The notes beneath the pieces are model-generated. The model saw only the letters and a program-made list of their open reading frames with translations. It did no database searches and was not told the origin of the DNA. Below are positions 25,429 through 35,800 of a stretch of DNA of 64,000 bases, piece after piece (within the stretch, counting starts at the first letter, position 1; every line of letters begins with the position of its first letter). The position numbers were made by a program, and so were the translations under genes. Source of the stretch: Candidatus Acidiferrales bacterium (GTDB lineage: Bacteria; Vulcanimicrobiota; Vulcanimicrobiia; Vulcanimicrobiales; Vulcanimicrobiaceae); NCBI GenBank assembly GCA_035484815.1, contig DATHOO010000046.1, forward strand, positions 3,850 through 67,849, in the 5' to 3' direction.

Positions 25429-27410
25429 ATCGGGAGCACCTGAACGACGAAGCTCGGTTGCCAGAACGTCGTGCGGTAGGGGTTTCCGTACCAGTAGAAC
25501 GTGCGCGAGACGTCGAGCAGCGCGTGCGAAAGGATCTTCACCCGCACTTCACCGGTAGCATCGTACGGGGCCTGCCCCAGGTACGACGTGTAGAGCGGTT
25601 GACCGATAATGTTGTTCGGCGGCAGACCGAAGAGACCGGGAACGGGGATCGGAAAATCGTCGTGATGGCGCACCAGCAGCGAGAAGTTGAACTCGGGGTG
25701 CGGCGCCTCATTGATGCCTAAACTCGTCGTCCGCTGGGTCGAGACGCCCCGAAACGAGGTGAAGCTCAACGGACAAAGCGGGGTGCCGACGTTCGCGCAC
25801 GGCAGATAACCGCCGTGGATGTAGTGATCGCCGACGTTAAGGATCTGGTAGGCGACGTAGACGTTGAGCGATCGAGAGAATGCGCGGTTGATGCTGAAGT
25901 TTACGTTGTCGCTGTTGATCCAATGCGGCAGCGAGTTCCATTGATATTGTTTATTGTAGCTAGCGTTGAAGTAATACGTCTGGTACGGATTCTCGGGATG
26001 GTTGAGCTTGAGCGACTGCGTGTAGAGGTTGAAGCCGAAGACCGTGTTCCAGATCGTCGTATATACCGGGCAATAGTACGTAAAGACCTTAGACGGCTGC
26101 ACCTGGCAGGGTGCCCCGTATGCTTGCAGGCCCGGGACTGGGATGGGCGCAAACGTGCGGCCGCCCTCCGGCCAAAAGCCCGGAAAGCCGTTGAGGTATT
26201 GGCCGGCGCCGACCGAATCGTGATTGAAGCCGTAACCCTCATAGATCTGCTCGAAGATCGGTAGGCCGGGAATCTTATTGGCAAAGCTCGTCGCGGTTAT
26301 TTGCGCCTGCGAAGGGTGATTGAGACTGCCGCCGAGCGCGTCAGGTACCTCCAGCGAGCCCGGACCCAAGGTGTTGTAGTTCGTTAGCTGCGACGTCGCG
26401 GTGAGGTACGAGTGCGGCAACGCGTACGTCGCGTTAAGGAAGGTCGTCTGCTGGGCGGCCCGTGGTGCTTGCAGAAAGTTCTGCTGCGAGTAGTACTGCG
26501 TAAAGCTCGAGATCTGAAAGCGGCTGCCGAGTTTTTCGTACAGCGCCAAGTTCCACCACTTTTCCGCGCGCGTCGTGGGGTTGACGGAAAAAATCGCGTA
26601 CTCGTGATCGCCGACGAAGTGCTGCTCGAACGATAGATAGGTATGATACGTCGGATCGTAGCGCAGGTGCACCGCGCTCAACGAGTTGGTGTTGCCGGCG
26701 ACGTTCCAGGTGAGATCGACCGTCGCGCCCGAGAGCGTGTTCTGCGCGAAGAACTGATTCGGCGAGAAGTTGACGACGTACGATCCCAGCGGCACCCCGG
26801 CGTTCAAAAAGTACGTACGGGCGTTGGTGAACCGCACGTAGGTGTTCGTGCCGATCACCGCGCCGGTTCCAGTGATGCTCGGATGCTCGGAGACAAGCGG
26901 AAAGTAAAACGCGTCGCCGGGCATGACGCGGCCTTTAGCCGGATGTGCCAGATCGCCGTCGAGAAAGGTCCAGCGATCGGGCGCGCTGGTCACCGGCACG
27001 AAATAGATTCGGCGAAAATCGAGAAAGTCGGAGATCGCCGCGCCGCTGACGGTACCCGTCGAATCGTGTAGCGTCACGTTACCGGCGACCATGAAACGAT
27101 TGAGCTTGAGATCCATCGAGAACGCGTCGCCCGTAACCGTGAAACCGTCGCTGGTGCGTACGCTGACGTTGCCGTCGGCCTCGATGAGAAAGCGATTGTA
27201 ATAGAAGTCGATGTTCTTGGCGCTCAAATAGACCAGCGTCCGCGGCGGTGGCGCGGTACTCTGCGGTGTCGGCGCTGCCGTGCTTTGCGGCGTCGGAGCA
27301 GCGCTCGCTTGCGGTGCGACCGAAGTCGGTGTTGGGCTCGGACCCGGCGTGGCGGCGTGAGCTGCGGCGCGTGCGAGGAACAGCATAAACGCTGCGAGTG
27401 TGACCGACAT
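25425..27410 (-). CDS. OstA/LptD-like outer-membrane beta-barrel protein, putative
   Basis: Start moved to ATG 27410 (MSVTLAAFMLFLARAAAHAA signal peptide). OstA-like stretch IEADGNVSVRTSDGFTVTGDAFSMDLKLNRFMVAGNVTLHD. The remainder is rich in Y/F/N/G, as in beta-barrels. The track start at 27620 overlaps deoB. Confidence 0.5.
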   Translation of the reverse strand: MSVTLAAFMLFLARAAAHAATPGPSPTPTSVAPQASAAPTPQSTAAPTPQSTAPPPRTLVYLSAKNIDFYYNRFLIEADGNVSVRTSDGFTVTGDAFSMDLKLNRFMVAGNVTLHDSTGTVSGAAISDFLDFRRIYFVPVTSAPDRWTFLDGDLAHPAKGRVMPGDAFYFPLVSEHPSITGTGAVIGTNTYVRFTNARTYFLNAGVPLGSYVVNFSPNQFFAQNTLSGATVDLTWNVAGNTNSLSAVHLRYDPTYHTYLSFEQHFVGDHEYAIFSVNPTTRAEKWWNLALYEKLGSRFQISSFTQYYSQQNFLQAPRAAQQTTFLNATYALPHSYLTATSQLTNYNTLGPGSLEVPDALGGSLNHPSQAQITATSFANKIPGLPIFEQIYEGYGFNHDSVGAGQYLNGFPGFWPEGGRTFAPIPVPGLQAYGAPCQVQPSKVFTYYCPVYTTIWNTVFGFNLYTQSLKLNHPENPYQTYYFNASYNKQYQWNSLPHWINSDNVNFSINRAFSRSLNVYVAYQILNVGDHYIHGGYLPCANVGTPLCPLSFTSFRGVSTQRTTSLGINEAPHPEFNFSLLVRHHDDFPIPVPGLFGLPPNNIIGQPLYTSYLGQAPYDATGEVRVKILSHALLDVSRTFYWYGNPYRTTFWQPSFVVQVLPI

Positions 27411-27491
27411 CGCGATTCGTGGCACGGTCGCAACGTTTCTTCCCTGAGGGAAGGCGCGCCTTGCGAAAGGCCGAACCAGGTTCGCCAACGG

Positions 27492-28610
27492 ATGAAGCGC
27501 GTGGTCGCAATCGTCATCGATTCCGGAGGTATTGGTGCGCTTGCCGATGCTAGTGAATATGGCGACGCTCCCGGAGCGAACACGATCGGCAACGTTGCAC
27601 GTCACCTCGGTTCGCTTCATCTGCCGAACCTCGAACGCTTCGGACTGGGTCGCTTAACGAACATCGCAGGGGTCGGCGCGATCGAGCAGCCTCGCGCCAT
27701 GGTCGCGCGTCTACGCGAACGAAGCCGCGGTAAAGATACGATCACGGGACACTGGGAGATGATGGGAGTTGTAACCCGCGTGCCTTTCCCGACCTATCCC
27801 AACGGGTTCCCAGTCGAGGTCGTCGACGCGTTTACGAGCATCGCCGGAAAGCCGCCCCTCGGCAACAGGCCTGCCTCCGGGACCGAAATCATCGAGGCGC
27901 TCGGCGCCGAGCACATGGTCACCGGCCGGCCGATCCTGTATACCTCGGCGGATTCGGTCTTCCAAGTGGCGTCGCATGAGGCAGTCGTGCCGCTAGAGCG
28001 GCTCTACGAATGGTGCCGGAGGGCTCGCGAGATGCTCACGCCGCCCCATGATGTGAACCGGGTCATCGCCCGCCCGTTTGCGGGAAAACCGGGGGCTTTT
28101 TACCGGACGCCGAATCGTAGGGACTATGCAATCGAGCCGCCCCCGAACTTGCTGGACGAGCTCCTCGCGCAACGCGTCGAGGTGTACGCGATAGGGAAGA
28201 TCAGCGACATTTACTGCGGGCGTGGCATCACGCGGTCGGCCCGCGTCAACGACAACCGTGATGCAATGGAGAAAACCTTCGAGTTGCTGGAAACGGTCGA
28301 GAACGGCTTCATCTTCGTAAATCTCAACGACTTCGACTCGAAGTACGGGCATCGTCGGGACGTGCGCGGCTACGGGAGCGCCCTTGAAGAACTCGACGCT
28401 ATGCTGCCCGGTCTCCAAGCCCGCCTCCGACCGGCCGACGAACTGATTTTGACGGCCGACCACGGTTGCGATCCGACGGCGCCCGGTACCGACCACACTC
28501 GAGAGTACGTTCCTTTTCTGCACGTCGGTCCCGATGGCGGTGGCACCATCGGCGAGGTCGAAGGGCTCGATTTGGTAGGCCGAACCGTCAGGCGGGCGCT
28601 GCTGGACTAG
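27492..28610 (+). CDS. deoB: Phosphopentomutase
   Basis: Start moved to ATG 27492 (MKRVVAIVIDSGGIGALADASEYGDAPGANTIGNVA). TADHGCDP motif near the C-terminus. Confidence 0.88.
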   Translation: MKRVVAIVIDSGGIGALADASEYGDAPGANTIGNVARHLGSLHLPNLERFGLGRLTNIAGVGAIEQPRAMVARLRERSRGKDTITGHWEMMGVVTRVPFPTYPNGFPVEVVDAFTSIAGKPPLGNRPASGTEIIEALGAEHMVTGRPILYTSADSVFQVASHEAVVPLERLYEWCRRAREMLTPPHDVNRVIARPFAGKPGAFYRTPNRRDYAIEPPPNLLDELLAQRVEVYAIGKISDIYCGRGITRSARVNDNRDAMEKTFELLETVENGFIFVNLNDFDSKYGHRRDVRGYGSALEELDAMLPGLQARLRPADELILTADHGCDPTAPGTDHTREYVPFLHVGPDGGGTIGEVEGLDLVGRTVRRALLD

Positions 28611-28611
28611 C

Positions 28612-29274
28612 ATGAGATACTCGAACGCCATGCACCTCGCGCTAAAGGTTCGCGGCGATCGCGAGATTCCGGGAGCCTGGCGTCTGCTCAAGCGCGCGAT
28701 CGACGTTCTCTTGGGTGCGTCGCTCGTGGCCGTCACGGCGCCGCTGGTCGCACTTGCGGCGCTGGCGATCACTTGCGTGACCGGAGGGACGCCCTTCTTC
28801 GCGCAAGAGCGGGTCGGCATGCACGGCCGCCGCTTCAGAATGTACAAGCTGCGGACGATGGTTGCCGGCGCGCATGCGATGCGCAGCAGCGTGATGCACC
28901 TCAACGAGCTCGACGGGCCGGTTTTCAAGATCCGCAACGACCCGCGGCTTCATCCGCTCGGACGATTCTTGCGCCGCACGAGCATTGACGAACTACCCAA
29001 TTTGGTTAACGTCGTGCGTGGCGAAATGTCGCTGGTGGGTCCGCGTCCGGCACTTCCCAGTGAAGTCGCGCATTACGACGCCGTCGCCTTGCGGCGGCTG
29101 AGCGTCCCGCAGGGGGTCACCTGTCTCTGGCAGATCAACGGGCGCTGCGACGTTTCGTTCGACCATTGGATGGAACTCGACAATCGATATGTCGACACGT
29201 GGACGCCGCTCGGCGATTTGCTGATCGTCGCGAAGACGATTCCGGCCGTCTTACGAAGGGATGGCGCGCATTAG
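28612..29274 (+). CDS. Small polyprenyl-phosphate hexose-1-phosphate transferase (bacterial sugar transferase family)
   Basis: 220 aa. LKRAIDVLLGASLV..., RVGMHGRRFRMYKLRTM, and DELPNLVNVVRGEMSLVGPRP motifs. Confidence 0.88.
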   Translation: MRYSNAMHLALKVRGDREIPGAWRLLKRAIDVLLGASLVAVTAPLVALAALAITCVTGGTPFFAQERVGMHGRRFRMYKLRTMVAGAHAMRSSVMHLNELDGPVFKIRNDPRLHPLGRFLRRTSIDELPNLVNVVRGEMSLVGPRPALPSEVAHYDAVALRRLSVPQGVTCLWQINGRCDVSFDHWMELDNRYVDTWTPLGDLLIVAKTIPAVLRRDGAH

Positions 29275-30901
29275 ACCCACGCCGCATCTCCGGGCCGTCT
29301 CGCAGCTCCGCCAGCCGCGCCACCGTGGATCGATCGCGGCGTCGACCCTGTTTATCATGGGTGCGACGTTTGCGTCGACGCTGCTCGGCTTTATGCGTGA
29401 GGTCGTTAGCGCGCGATACTACGGCACGCGCTGGGAGATGGACACGTTTCTTGCCGCCGCGACAATTCCGACCATTCTCTTCGGCGTCTTCAACGGCGCC
29501 TTGGTGAGCGCGCTCGTTCCGACGTTCTCGGAGTACCTCGCGCACCGCAAGGAAGAAGAGGCATGGCGATTGGCCAACACGACGCTCAACATGCTGGCGA
29601 TCGTGTTGACCAGCTGCGCGATCGTTGGCTTCTTTACGGCGCGCTGGTACGTCCCGCTGATCGCCCATGGTTTCCCCGCGCCGCAGATGGGCGTGGCGAT
29701 TCGGATGACGCGCTGGCTCATGCCCAGCATCGTCGCGGTGAGTTTGAGCGGCGTGATCTCCGCGATGCTGTATGCGTATCACCGCTTTCGGGCGGCGGCG
29801 CTAATCGGCGTTGCCGTGAACGCTGTGACGATTGCGTGCATCGTCCTCTTGAACCATAGCATGGACATCTACGCACTGGTGGTCGGCACGGCGCTCGGCC
29901 TAACCGCACAGCTGCTCGTGCAACTTCCGTCGTTTCTATCGATTGGACGATATCGTCCGATTATCGATCTGCACCATCCCGGCCTGAAGAAGATCTGGGT
30001 CTTGCTGGGCCCGATCATCGTCGGGTCGGCGGCGGGGCAGCTGGCGCTTTTTTTCGATCGTTTCTTCGCCTCGACGTTGGCGCCGGGTTACATCTCCGGG
30101 ATGAACTATGCAACGAAGCTCGTTAACTTCCCGCAGCAAATTTTCGCGGCCGCAATCGCGACGGTGATCTTCCCGCTGCTCGCGGCGCAGTTCGCGCGCG
30201 AGAACCGCCGCGGGGTCGCGCGCAGCGTCGTAACCGGATTGCGACTGGTAAACTTCATCACGATTCCCGCCGTTTGCGCGCTGATCGTGCTCGCGCATCC
30301 GATGGTGCAGGCGCTTTTCGAGCGCGGATCGTTCCAAGCAACTGCGACCGATCTGACCGCCGGCCTGCTTCCCTACGCGGCGATCGGGTTGATTGCGCTC
30401 GCTGCAAACGTCGTTCTAACGCGATGCTGCTTCGCCTGTCGCGAGACGCTCTGGCCGGTTACCATTTCGGTTGTCACCGTTATCGTGAACGTCTTGCTGT
30501 CGTTGGTGTGGTTGCCGAGCTTGGGCGCGCGAGGTTTACTCCTCGCGAATTCGCTGAGTCAAAGCATGCAGGCGGTTCTCTTGCTTTTCGTTACGACGCG
30601 GCTCGTTGCGGGGATCGACTGGGGCGCGCTCATGCTGTCGACGGGGAAGGTCGTCGTGAGTTCGCTCGCGATGCTGGCGGCACTGGGCTGGATTGGCGCG
30701 CTCGGCGTCACTCCGGAAGCGACGCTTGCTTCGCGCGGATGGTTCCTCTTCGGTCAAATCGCGATCGGCGGAACGGTCTTCGTGGCCGTCGCGCGAATGC
30801 TGGGGGTAGAGGAGCTGAATCTCGCCTGGCACACGATCGTTGCGAAGTTCGAACGCAACCTGGTCAGTCCGCCGGAGAACCGCGAGGCCCCGATCGCGTA
30901 A
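29261..30901 (+). CDS. murJ: Lipid II flippase MurJ (MviN)
   Basis: 546 aa with about 14 TM segments. TLLGFMREVVSARYYGT and FGVFNGALVSALVPTFSEY are typical of MurJ. Confidence 0.88.
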   Translation: MARIRPTPHLRAVSQLRQPRHRGSIAASTLFIMGATFASTLLGFMREVVSARYYGTRWEMDTFLAAATIPTILFGVFNGALVSALVPTFSEYLAHRKEEEAWRLANTTLNMLAIVLTSCAIVGFFTARWYVPLIAHGFPAPQMGVAIRMTRWLMPSIVAVSLSGVISAMLYAYHRFRAAALIGVAVNAVTIACIVLLNHSMDIYALVVGTALGLTAQLLVQLPSFLSIGRYRPIIDLHHPGLKKIWVLLGPIIVGSAAGQLALFFDRFFASTLAPGYISGMNYATKLVNFPQQIFAAAIATVIFPLLAAQFARENRRGVARSVVTGLRLVNFITIPAVCALIVLAHPMVQALFERGSFQATATDLTAGLLPYAAIGLIALAANVVLTRCCFACRETLWPVTISVVTVIVNVLLSLVWLPSLGARGLLLANSLSQSMQAVLLLFVTTRLVAGIDWGALMLSTGKVVVSSLAMLAALGWIGALGVTPEATLASRGWFLFGQIAIGGTVFVAVARMLGVEELNLAWHTIVAKFERNLVSPPENREAPIA

Positions 30902-30927
30902 CGAACCCGAACCACGATAAGTTGATT

Positions 30928-31782
30928 ATGATTAACTTTTTCCGAGAAGGCTCGCCTTTCTCTAAAAGCCAACCATGCAGCGCCATGCTCTCGATCCTCA
31001 TGCCCGCTTACAACGAGGCTACTTCGATAGCCGAAAATGTGTGCGAAACGGTCGAGACGATGCACGCCCTGGGCATCGAGTTTGAGATCGTCGTCATCGA
31101 CGACGGCAGCATGGACGGCACTCATACCGCCGCACGCAACGCTTTGTTGGCGTGGCCCGACTACGTTCGCATCGTGCGTTGCTATCGCAATGAAGGAAAA
31201 GGTAACGCGCTGATCTGCGGCGCCCACTACTCGAAAGGCGATTACGTCGCATTTTTGGATGCCGACATGGATCTGCATCCAGAGCAGCTGGCGGGCTTTT
31301 TCAAGGTAATGCATGAGCGCGAAGCCGACGTCGTCATCGGCTCGAAGTTCCATCCGCAGTCGAAGGTCGAGTATCCCCGGTTGCGGCGAATCTACAGTTT
31401 CCTTTACTACGTGCTCGTGCGCACGCTCTTCGGTTTGCCGGTGCGCGATACGCAGACCGGCATCAAGTTGTTCAAGCGCTCGGTTTTGGATCGAGTGCTT
31501 CCCCGCGTCCTCGTGAAACGCTTTGCGTTCGATCTCGAGGTGCTGGCCAACGTTCACCACTTCGGCTACATCATCGCCGAGGCTCCCGTCGAAGTGAACT
31601 TTAAGCGCGTCTGCAGTCGCCTGCGCCTCGGGGCGGTCTGGAACGTTTTCGTCGATACGCTGGCGATTTTCTATCGCATGCGGATCTTGCGGTACTACGA
31701 TCGTCCGCAACGCGCGACGGTGAGCCGCGACCGCGCGGCCGGTTCCCACGAAATCGTCGTTCCCGTCGTTATCGGGAAGTAG
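30928..31782 (+). CDS. GT2-family glycosyltransferase
   Basis: The track ORF (30274) is over-extended into murJ. Candidate starts are ATG 30928 or ATG 30985 (MLSILMPAYNEATSI). VVIDDGSMDGT and FLDADMD motifs. Confidence 0.8.
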   Translation: MINFFREGSPFSKSQPCSAMLSILMPAYNEATSIAENVCETVETMHALGIEFEIVVIDDGSMDGTHTAARNALLAWPDYVRIVRCYRNEGKGNALICGAHYSKGDYVAFLDADMDLHPEQLAGFFKVMHEREADVVIGSKFHPQSKVEYPRLRRIYSFLYYVLVRTLFGLPVRDTQTGIKLFKRSVLDRVLPRVLVKRFAFDLEVLANVHHFGYIIAEAPVEVNFKRVCSRLRLGAVWNVFVDTLAIFYRMRILRYYDRPQRATVSRDRAAGSHEIVVPVVIGK

Positions 31783-31789
31783 CGTCCTT

Positions 31790-32866
31790 TTGGGTTCGGG
31801 TACCGCGCTGGTGCTGTTGCTACCAGGGCTCGGCGATGCCCTGGCCGCGGGTCCGATCCTGCGCGGGATGAACCGAGACGGCTGGACGGTCGATGCGCTA
31901 ACGATGCATCCGCCGGTAAGCGAGTACCTTCGAGAGCTCGGCGTCGTTCGTACGATCGTGGAGCTGCCCATCCGGCCAAGCGCCACCGACGCGTTGCGCG
32001 CCATCGCGACCCTGCGCCCGCGCCGTTACGATCTCAGCGTTTTGCCTTTTCCGGCAACGCGTTGGCAATACACACTGATCGCTCGCGGTGTCGGTGCGCG
32101 CAGGCTGGCCATGCACGAGTACGGCGGGGCGGCGAGCGCGATCGCGCGCACGTCTCGCAACGTCCGCGTTCCGCTGCGAGGCGGTCATCGTATTGCGGAA
32201 AACCTGCGGCTGGCAAACTCGCTGCACTTGCGAGGCGGAGAAGACGATCTCGTCTACTGGATGCCGGCCGCATGGCGCGCGGAGCGGATTCCCGGCACAC
32301 TTGGGATCCACCCCGGTTCGATGGCTTGGAAAGGAAACGAAGCCAAACGTTGGCCGTACGAGCGATTCGCCGCGCTGGCGCGTTCGCAGCTGGCGCGAGG
32401 GCGAAGCGTCCGCTTCTTCCTCGGGCCGCACGAGGTTCGCGAGGCCGCCCGGGCCGAGCAAGATTTTCGAGATTGTGATGGAATCAGGATCGTGAGCGAG
32501 CCGCTCGGGGAAGCAGCTCGGCGATTGGCGGAGTGTGAGGTTTTCGTCGGCAACGATGCGGGTTTCAGTCATTTGGCATCGGGTCTCGGCGTAAAGACGC
32601 TCGCGCTCTATGGTATGACAAGCGAAGTGAGAGGAGCTCCGATCGGACCGGCCGTCGCATTGCGTCCCTCGCTCTGCCCGGCATGCCACGACGAGGGCTC
32701 TGGGGGCTTCGAATGCGTACGGCGCATCGAGTATCGGTGCATTCTGCGCGATATCGAGGTTGATGCGGTGCGCAAACAAGTCGAAGACCTTTTCGAGACT
32801 GCTTCAGTCGAGCAGCGCCTCGCCTTGGAAGGTCCGTTCAGACTCTACGGAAAGGCTTACTCGTGA
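31790..32866 (+). CDS. GT9-family glycosyltransferase (heptosyltransferase-like)
   Basis: 358 aa. N-terminus LLLPGLGDALAAGPILRGM and C-terminus VFVGNDAGFSHLASGLGVKTLALYG are typical of GT9. Confidence 0.8.
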   Translation: MGSGTALVLLLPGLGDALAAGPILRGMNRDGWTVDALTMHPPVSEYLRELGVVRTIVELPIRPSATDALRAIATLRPRRYDLSVLPFPATRWQYTLIARGVGARRLAMHEYGGAASAIARTSRNVRVPLRGGHRIAENLRLANSLHLRGGEDDLVYWMPAAWRAERIPGTLGIHPGSMAWKGNEAKRWPYERFAALARSQLARGRSVRFFLGPHEVREAARAEQDFRDCDGIRIVSEPLGEAARRLAECEVFVGNDAGFSHLASGLGVKTLALYGMTSEVRGAPIGPAVALRPSLCPACHDEGSGGFECVRRIEYRCILRDIEVDAVRKQVEDLFETASVEQRLALEGPFRLYGKAYS

Positions 32867-35800
32867 AAGAGCAGACGGCCGACGGCGCACCGCCGGGCGT
32901 GCAGGCGCGCCGGCCCGGTCTGCGCGCGCCCGCACTGGATTTATCGCTGCCAGCCGCGCTGCAGCGCTGGTTCGTTCCGTCGCTCTTCGTCGCGCTTGCC
33001 CTGCTCGTAACGACCGGCTACGGCAGCGGCGTTCAGCTCAATGACGGCCAGGCTGCGCTTCACATCAATCCGCTCAAGTTCTTGGGCTCGTTGCTGCACG
33101 CTTGGAATCCGGCGCTGGCGCTCGGGACGCACACCGGCTTTTGGGTGCCGTATCAGACACCATACACGTGGGCCTACGGATTGGCCCAGCTGCTGCACAT
33201 TCCACAAGACCTCGCGCAACATGCGGCGGTCTTCTTAGTCTACCTCGGCTGCCTCTGGGCGATGTATTACTGTTTGCGCAGCATCGCGCCGTGGCTAGAC
33301 GAAGTCTCTCGAATCGCGGGTTCCTGCGCGTATCTCTTCAACATGTACGTCGCGCTGAACTCACAAGCGCAAATCGTCTGGCTTCTCACCTATGCGACCC
33401 TGCCTGCAATGGTGGGTGTTATGGCACGCGCCATGCGCGGCGAGATGAACATCTGGCGCGCCGCGCTGGCAATCGCGCTGCTGGTGCTGGTCGGCGGCGG
33501 GGTGAATCCACCGTTGGTCGCGATCAACGTCGTCGTCCTAGCGCTATACATCGTCGTAGCGATCGCGTTCGATCCGAAGCCGGTGGCCGCGATAAACCGC
33601 ACGCTGCCGATCGTCGCCGCCGCCTCGATCGCCGTCGTCGCGATCAATCTCTACTGGATCGTTCCCTTCATCGATTACTTCCGCGGCGTCTGGCTCAACG
33701 GAGTGCTCAGCGAAGCGCCCTCGATGCACAATGCGGCCACGTCTTTTGCCAACGTGCTTCGTGGGCTCGGTCACTGGGCGACGTTCGTCTCCTTTGCGGG
33801 ACGCGCGTACTTTCCGTGGGCGGCGTCGTACGCAAGCGGACTCTTCGGGGCGTTGCTCTGGTTCGTTCCGATCGTAGCCTTCGGCGGCATCGCCTTTCGG
33901 CGAAACCAGCGTCCGGCAACCCTCTACTTTCTGCTGGTCACGCTCATTTCGGTGCCGATCGTCGTCGGTTACTACCACGGCGAGCTCGGAAACGCGGTGA
34001 CGGCGCCGATCTACGATCAGTTCTATCGCAACGTACCCGGATTTCAGATGTTCCGCTTCTCGTACAAATGGGTTGCGGGCGTCGAGTTTGGAATCAGCGG
34101 GCTTTTTGCCCTCGCCTGCTATGCGATCGTCGGCGCGTTGCGCGACGCGATGTCGAAGCTAACCGACGGAGAGCGCCGGACGTGGGACTGGGCCATCCCT
34201 GCAGCCAGAACGGCGTTCATTGTGCTCCCGATTCTCATCTTCGTTCCCGTTCTGACCAATAAGATGAACTATCCCGGTCAGGTGATTCCAGGCTGGGAAT
34301 ATCGCGAGAGTGCGCTGGTCGGTAACGACCCGACGCACCGCGTCGCGCTCTTTCCGACGCAGTTTCTCGAACAGTTCGATTGGGGCAATCCACAGTTTTA
34401 TATTGAGGACTCGCTGCTCGACCGGCCACTGATTTATGGATTGCTGGGAAGCGAGCCCTCCGAAGGCACCGACCTTTGGGTACGGCGCGCGTATCGTGCT
34501 ACTCGCGAGGGACTGCCGTTTGCCGCCGACATGTTCCGCGTGATGGGGGTCGACACGATCCTGCAGCGCGACGATTTCATCCCAGCGATCGATTTTAGTT
34601 CACCCGGCGAGTGGCGTTTCAACAGCACGACGCTGACGCACGATTTGATTCACCGCGTGCTGGGCGCGGCGCCGGTGCGCTCCGATGGCCCGACGCACGT
34701 CTATCACCTAGGCGCGGCGCTGCCGCTCTTTTACGGGGTGACGCATCCGGTGCTCAATGCGTTGCCGACGTTCTCCGACGCCCTCCTCGGTGACGTCGGC
34801 GCAATGGCCAGCGGCAAAGCGGAGTTCGACGCGCCAAACCGCACGGTTGACGAGTTCTCCGGATCGTTAGACGGCCTCTCGCCGATTCTGCCCGGCTCGC
34901 CGGATCAACAGCGCGACCTCGCGGTCAACCAAGCATTGACCCACGGTATTCGAGTCCATCCACCATCCGCCGACGCGGCCTGGATGACGAACTTCAACGT
35001 AAAGAGAAGCGGCGTCTACTCGATCTTCGTGCTCGATCAGGCGCTACTTTTCGCCAAGCCGCCTCCGCAGACGCTGATCGTCGATGGACAATACCTGTCG
35101 CTAGAAAACTCCGGCGGTGCATGGACGCAGTTTAACAACGTCTTCCTTAGCGCCGGATCGCATTGGGTCTCGGACGGTTACTTGGACCCCAATCTCGTCG
35201 TTGGGATCGTCGATGCCGACGACCTTAAAATGTGGGAGGATCGAGTTCAAGCGCTGGTGAGTGCGTCGCCGCAGAATCTCGCGCCCAGCGATCTCGTTTA
35301 CGGCTCAAAGGCGAGCATCGACGTCCCTACCTCCGGCCGGTACCGGGTGGCCGCGACGGCCATCGGATCCTACGGGCCCGATGGCGTGGTCCGCACGCAG
35401 CTGGTGCATGGCTCGGCCTATCGTGGCGCGTTTCCGGCGACGCTCTCTACCACGCTGCCGTATGTCTTCGGTGACGGCGTCATAGCCACGTCCCCGATTC
35501 TGATGCCGGCGCAATGGTATCGTTCCGATCCGACAGCCTACGAGTGGCAACGGGGCGATCCGGTATCGTGGTTCCTTTTCGCTCGCGATTCCCACGTGCG
35601 CGTTTTCGTGCCGGGCGGCAACGGCGTTCGCTCCCGCGTTGCGATGCGCGTCAGCCGTCTGCAGATCGGTGGCACGTTGACGGTCACGGTGAAAGGAGGA
35701 GCGCCACAGAGCGTCGCCCTGCCGGGGCCGCCCGCGGGGCCGCAGCAGTTCGATGCAATCGATCATCTCGACGGGCCCGTTCCCACGGCGATCGCGTTCA

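Noticed and set aside
27255-27330. Three imperfect 24-nt tandem repeats.
   Set aside because: They encode the AAPTPQST low-complexity linker after the signal peptide of the LptD-like protein. They are coding and not a regulatory or CRISPR-like repeat. Similar Pro/Ala/Ser tracts occur at 14586-14700 and 22620-22800.
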